Part shown: positions 18,292 through 20,000 of the stretch, one piece after another
Layout of the letters: each line of letters opens with the position of its first letter
Numbering within the stretch: the first letter of the stretch is position 1
Assembly (NCBI GenBank): GCA_002245135.1
Contig: NGBS01000030.1
Coordinates: 56,452-76,451, forward strand
Source of the DNA: Proteromonas lacertae
Taxonomy: Eukaryota
Direction: 5' to 3'
Length of the DNA stretch: 20,000 bases
Made by a program: the position numbers and the translations under genes
The notes under the pieces: model-generated
Database searches by the model: none
Seen by the model: only the letters and a program-made list of their open reading frames with translations
Told to the model about the DNA's origin: nothing

Positions 18292-19800
18292 ATGAGTATA
18301 TATAGTATATAATTTTATATAGAATATAACAATGGCAGCACAAGTGTTGTTATTACAGATAAGAAATATACAAAACAATACAAAGAGCAGGAATTGATTA
18401 TAATTGTTGAAGGAAGTATAATATTATCATATATGTTAATTAGATAATAGTTCTAATAATTAAAAATCAAAGATATTATAACTAAGGGAAGAATTAAGAA
18501 CATTTGAAGAAAAAAATACAACTATCATCTTTGATTTAGTCTGTCTTACTAAAGCTCATCAACTACATATACAAACTTTTACCTTGTTAATACATTTGGC
18601 ACTTTTGATGTACAACATATTATTCGAGTTATAAGTAGTAGGAAATTCAACTATTTCTGTTAATTTAGCATATTGGTATTATAGCAATTATCATATATTT
18701 TATTATCTAAATTAGGTGTCAGACTAGGATAATTAGAATATAAACCAAGTTTACCATCAACGATTAATCCAACAAATACAAATAAGTATAATTGTTATTA
18801 TAATATAAAATAGTAAAGTCTGATGATGAAGAAGCTAAGATGAATTAGTATATTTTTATAATTATTTTTGTTAGGATGATTATTAGGTATGTTTATTCAA
18901 CAATTGGTGTGATTTCAGGTGTTGCCAAAACAGTAACTGTAGAAAAGACATATATCGTAAGTTCAACAATTCATTCGATGAGAACACGAAAATTAAGTAT
19001 GATGATACGAATATTCTGATTTTATTTTATTATTCATAGTAATTAAAAAACTTGGAAGCTTCTAAACCATCTCCAATTCAAGAGTATTTAGCTGATGTTA
19101 TTCTTGGATTAATTGATTTAGAAACAGTTCAATCATTGTATTTATTGAATCAAGTTAATGATAATCCTATATTTAAGAAGTATTTGATCTATTATTTACT
19201 CTATTAGTTTTTACTCCATTATATGAAAATAACATTTGGATTTGTATATAGTGGTATTATTGAGTTAGTATATCCAGTATTATTTTTATTATTTTATAAT
19301 AGGTAAATGAATATATTCTTATAAGTATATTAGTATATTATTCTTATTTATATATTGTTAGTAGAGTATTGAATATAATTTCAATAATTCAAAGTATATT
19401 CTTATTTATATATTATCATTAGATGAATTGCATTAGAATTCAGGTGAAGAACAGTAGAACATCCAGTTTATATATTATATTTTATAATTAGAAAAAGTAT
19501 AACTATTTTAGTATATTATATTTTATTATAGCTGTTTAGCATTGTACTAATCGATGAAAGGCAGAGAATATCAGCAACTTGCATGTTAAGCTATACTGGT
19601 ATGTTTTAATTTGTTATTATGTTTATAGATATTATAGATGATTATATAAGTATTATAGTTATTTTTATATTTTAATAGTTATTTTATTAGAATAGCAACA
19701 GAATTCCAGGGAGAAGAATATTGATTCAGTAATTTATCTATAATATATGTTACAGGTATTTATGGGGTTTAGCTATTCAGATTAACATAATAATACAGCA
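18292..19800 (+). pseudogene. Decayed intron-rich gene, possibly a surface protein with putative Ig-like (He_PIG-type) and PA14-like segments
   Basis: More than ten ~26-42-nt GTA...TAG-type intron-like segments (e.g. 18296-18322, 18848-18874), but no splicing I tried gives an open frame. Remnant peptides are LLGMFI/STIGVISGVAKTVTVEKTYIVSST (~18880-18967) and FGFVYSGIIEL (~19235-19267). Boundaries are approximate. Confidence 0.55.
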
Positions 19801-20000
19801 TATAGTGCTGATATGAAAAATATTTGATATCTTCTTAATTAGAAGCAATTAGTCAAAATAGCAATATGGCTCTATTTAACTACACACACATACATCAAAA
19901 ATCACATAATATCATGATTACATTCAATTACCTAGTCAAAATTAATATCGTCCTTTCTGGAATACTCCTATACTATACATATCGTATATAGGTAGTGATT

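Noticed and set aside
18292..19800. Stop-codon reassignment as the explanation for in-frame stops
   Set aside because: Intact genes here have no internal stops and use all three stop codons, and this region also has frameshifts.

Overview
This is very AT-rich eukaryotic (protist) nuclear DNA with dense, tiny GT-AG introns (25-42 nt). The intron size and an exact TGTTTGTT 3' motif suggest a low-GC Blastocystis or a relative (inference). The ORF track mostly shows exon fragments. Manual splicing gives five plus-strand genes: a coiled-coil protein (97-1051), a hypothetical protein (1346-2411), glutamate-cysteine ligase (2633-4746), an intronless 1419-aa coiled-coil/low-complexity protein (5005-9264) and a TBC1D23-like TBC-rhodanese-PH protein (9495-11835). 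The TBC gene appears to contain two minor-spliceosome (U12-type) introns, one AT-AC and one probable AT-AA, with variant 5' sites and identical branch-point spacing. Region 12000-17400 is a DNA-transposon cluster: two short TA-flanked TIR elements and a frameshifted EnSpm/CACTA-like transposase. The window ends in a decayed, intron-rich pseudogene, possibly of an Ig-like surface protein. The 8-mer TCGTTTCA recurs five times, each time intergenic, and is a candidate promoter element.
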